A stretch of DNA of 64,000 nt. It comes from Eledone cirrhosa. Lineage: Eukaryota. Under the pieces are notes generated by a model. That model was not told the DNA's origin. It saw nothing but the letters and a program-made list of their open reading frames with translations, and made no database searches. Positions 63,023 through 64,000 of this stretch are shown here, in pieces. The position numbers and the translations under genes are program-made. The first letter of the stretch is position 1; each line of letters begins with the position of its first letter. Location of the stretch: the NCBI GenBank assembly GCA_964016885.1, contig OZ024740.1, positions 236,902,001-236,966,000 of the forward strand, read 5' to 3'.

Positions 63023-64000
63023 ATAATGGTTTATTAGTCACCAGAGCCTAAGACATTGGGGACAGTGCAAGGATAAAAAACAACACAATGGAAGTTTACA
63101 TGAAACAAAATTAACAATAATTGTTTCTACTATTGACACAAGGCCAGCAATTACCCAGTACATTACTGGTACTTTATTTTATCGACCCTGTAAGGCAAAG
63201 TTAACCTCGGCGGGATTTGAACTCAGAATGGTAAGGGCCGTAACTCTATGCGTCAAAGCATGGCGTCCGACCCTCTACTGATACTGGCAATTCACCGCCC
63301 TTAACAAAATTAACAATAATAGATAACAATAAGGTGTTAACAAAAAAGACCCCAATACAAGGGAAAACTACCTGGATAACTCAAGAGAACTCCCCTCCCC
63401 CCTACACACACACAAAGTCCTGGATTATTCTACTAGTTCAAAGTATCTAAAAAATGCCCTTTTCTAGTTTCTTGCCTTAGGTTTATAATCAAATAATAAG
63501 AGTAGGCCCATTTAGTGTTGTCAATTTTGCTGCTCTTACTAACCTTTCATAAAACATACTAGAGGTTGGAGCTTCCAACTCTAACTTCTCCTTCAAGTAG
63601 TACTTGAAGTTGATGAGTGCTGAGCCAGAGAGGAAAAACCGTTCTCAACCCTTTTAAACATGTCTATCATACAACTTCCCTCATCATAGCCACCGGGAAG
63701 GAGAAAACTAACCACTCTTCTTTGCCAAAGAAAGACAGTAAGTAAATCTTCACAATAGATTTGGCTGATAGCTGAATCCATCACATTGCTATTAGCAGTT
63801 GTTTGACACAAGTCCACAGTTGGTAATGCATAGATACTGAACAATAGCATACATGACTGTTTTGTTGCTCTGAGCACATCTCAGGCAGGATCAGTTGTTG
63901 AAGCTTGTGTGCCAGTAGAGCTAGTCCTGCTCAAGCAACATCCACCTGTATCATTGTTAGGATGGGGAATTTGTGAAGTTGTTCATAATCCTTGACCTGG
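63023..64000 (-). mobile_element. Tx1/L1-type LINE 3' end (degenerate zinc knuckle, ORF2 C-terminus, T-rich 3'UTR with AATAAA)
   Basis: Minus strand CLRCAQSNKTVMYAIVQY (compare C.RC....ET..HA...C), VAMMREVV**T.LKG and YYLKEKL...FYER; AATAAA at 63030-63035. Runs off the window. Confidence 0.6.
63122..63302 (-). mobile_element. S1 SINE with 18-bp TSD, inserted in the LINE 3'UTR
   Basis: aacaaaattaacaataat at 63104-63121 and 63303-63320. Confidence 0.93.

Overview
This is AT-rich animal genomic DNA dominated by transposon debris. The repeat repertoire (tRNA-headed Deu/Nin- and CORE-type SINEs, RTE LINEs with (GAT)n tails, dense microsatellites) suggests a cephalopod, probably an octopod; that assignment is inference. 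No complete cellular gene is visible. The window looks like large introns of a minus-strand gene, with two candidate microexons (38079-38099 and 24874-24899) that join in frame to FENLMDDEAVQDEMN. Mobile DNA includes a young 5'-truncated RTE LINE with a PHD finger inside its RT, nested in a non-autonomous Helitron, plus a second copy of that RTE. There are also older RTE, CR1-group and Tx1/L1 relics, CRE-like fragments, piggyBac-type TTAA MITEs, Tc2- and hAT-like MITEs, and about 20 SINEs. The most notable observations are a well-formed minimal hammerhead ribozyme with a compensatory U3-A8 core in a Penelope-like solo repeat, two long palindromes that fold back at hammerhead-like motifs, a strict ATTAT target signature and strong strand bias in one SINE family, and the microexon pair. 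All alignments and folds were done by eye.
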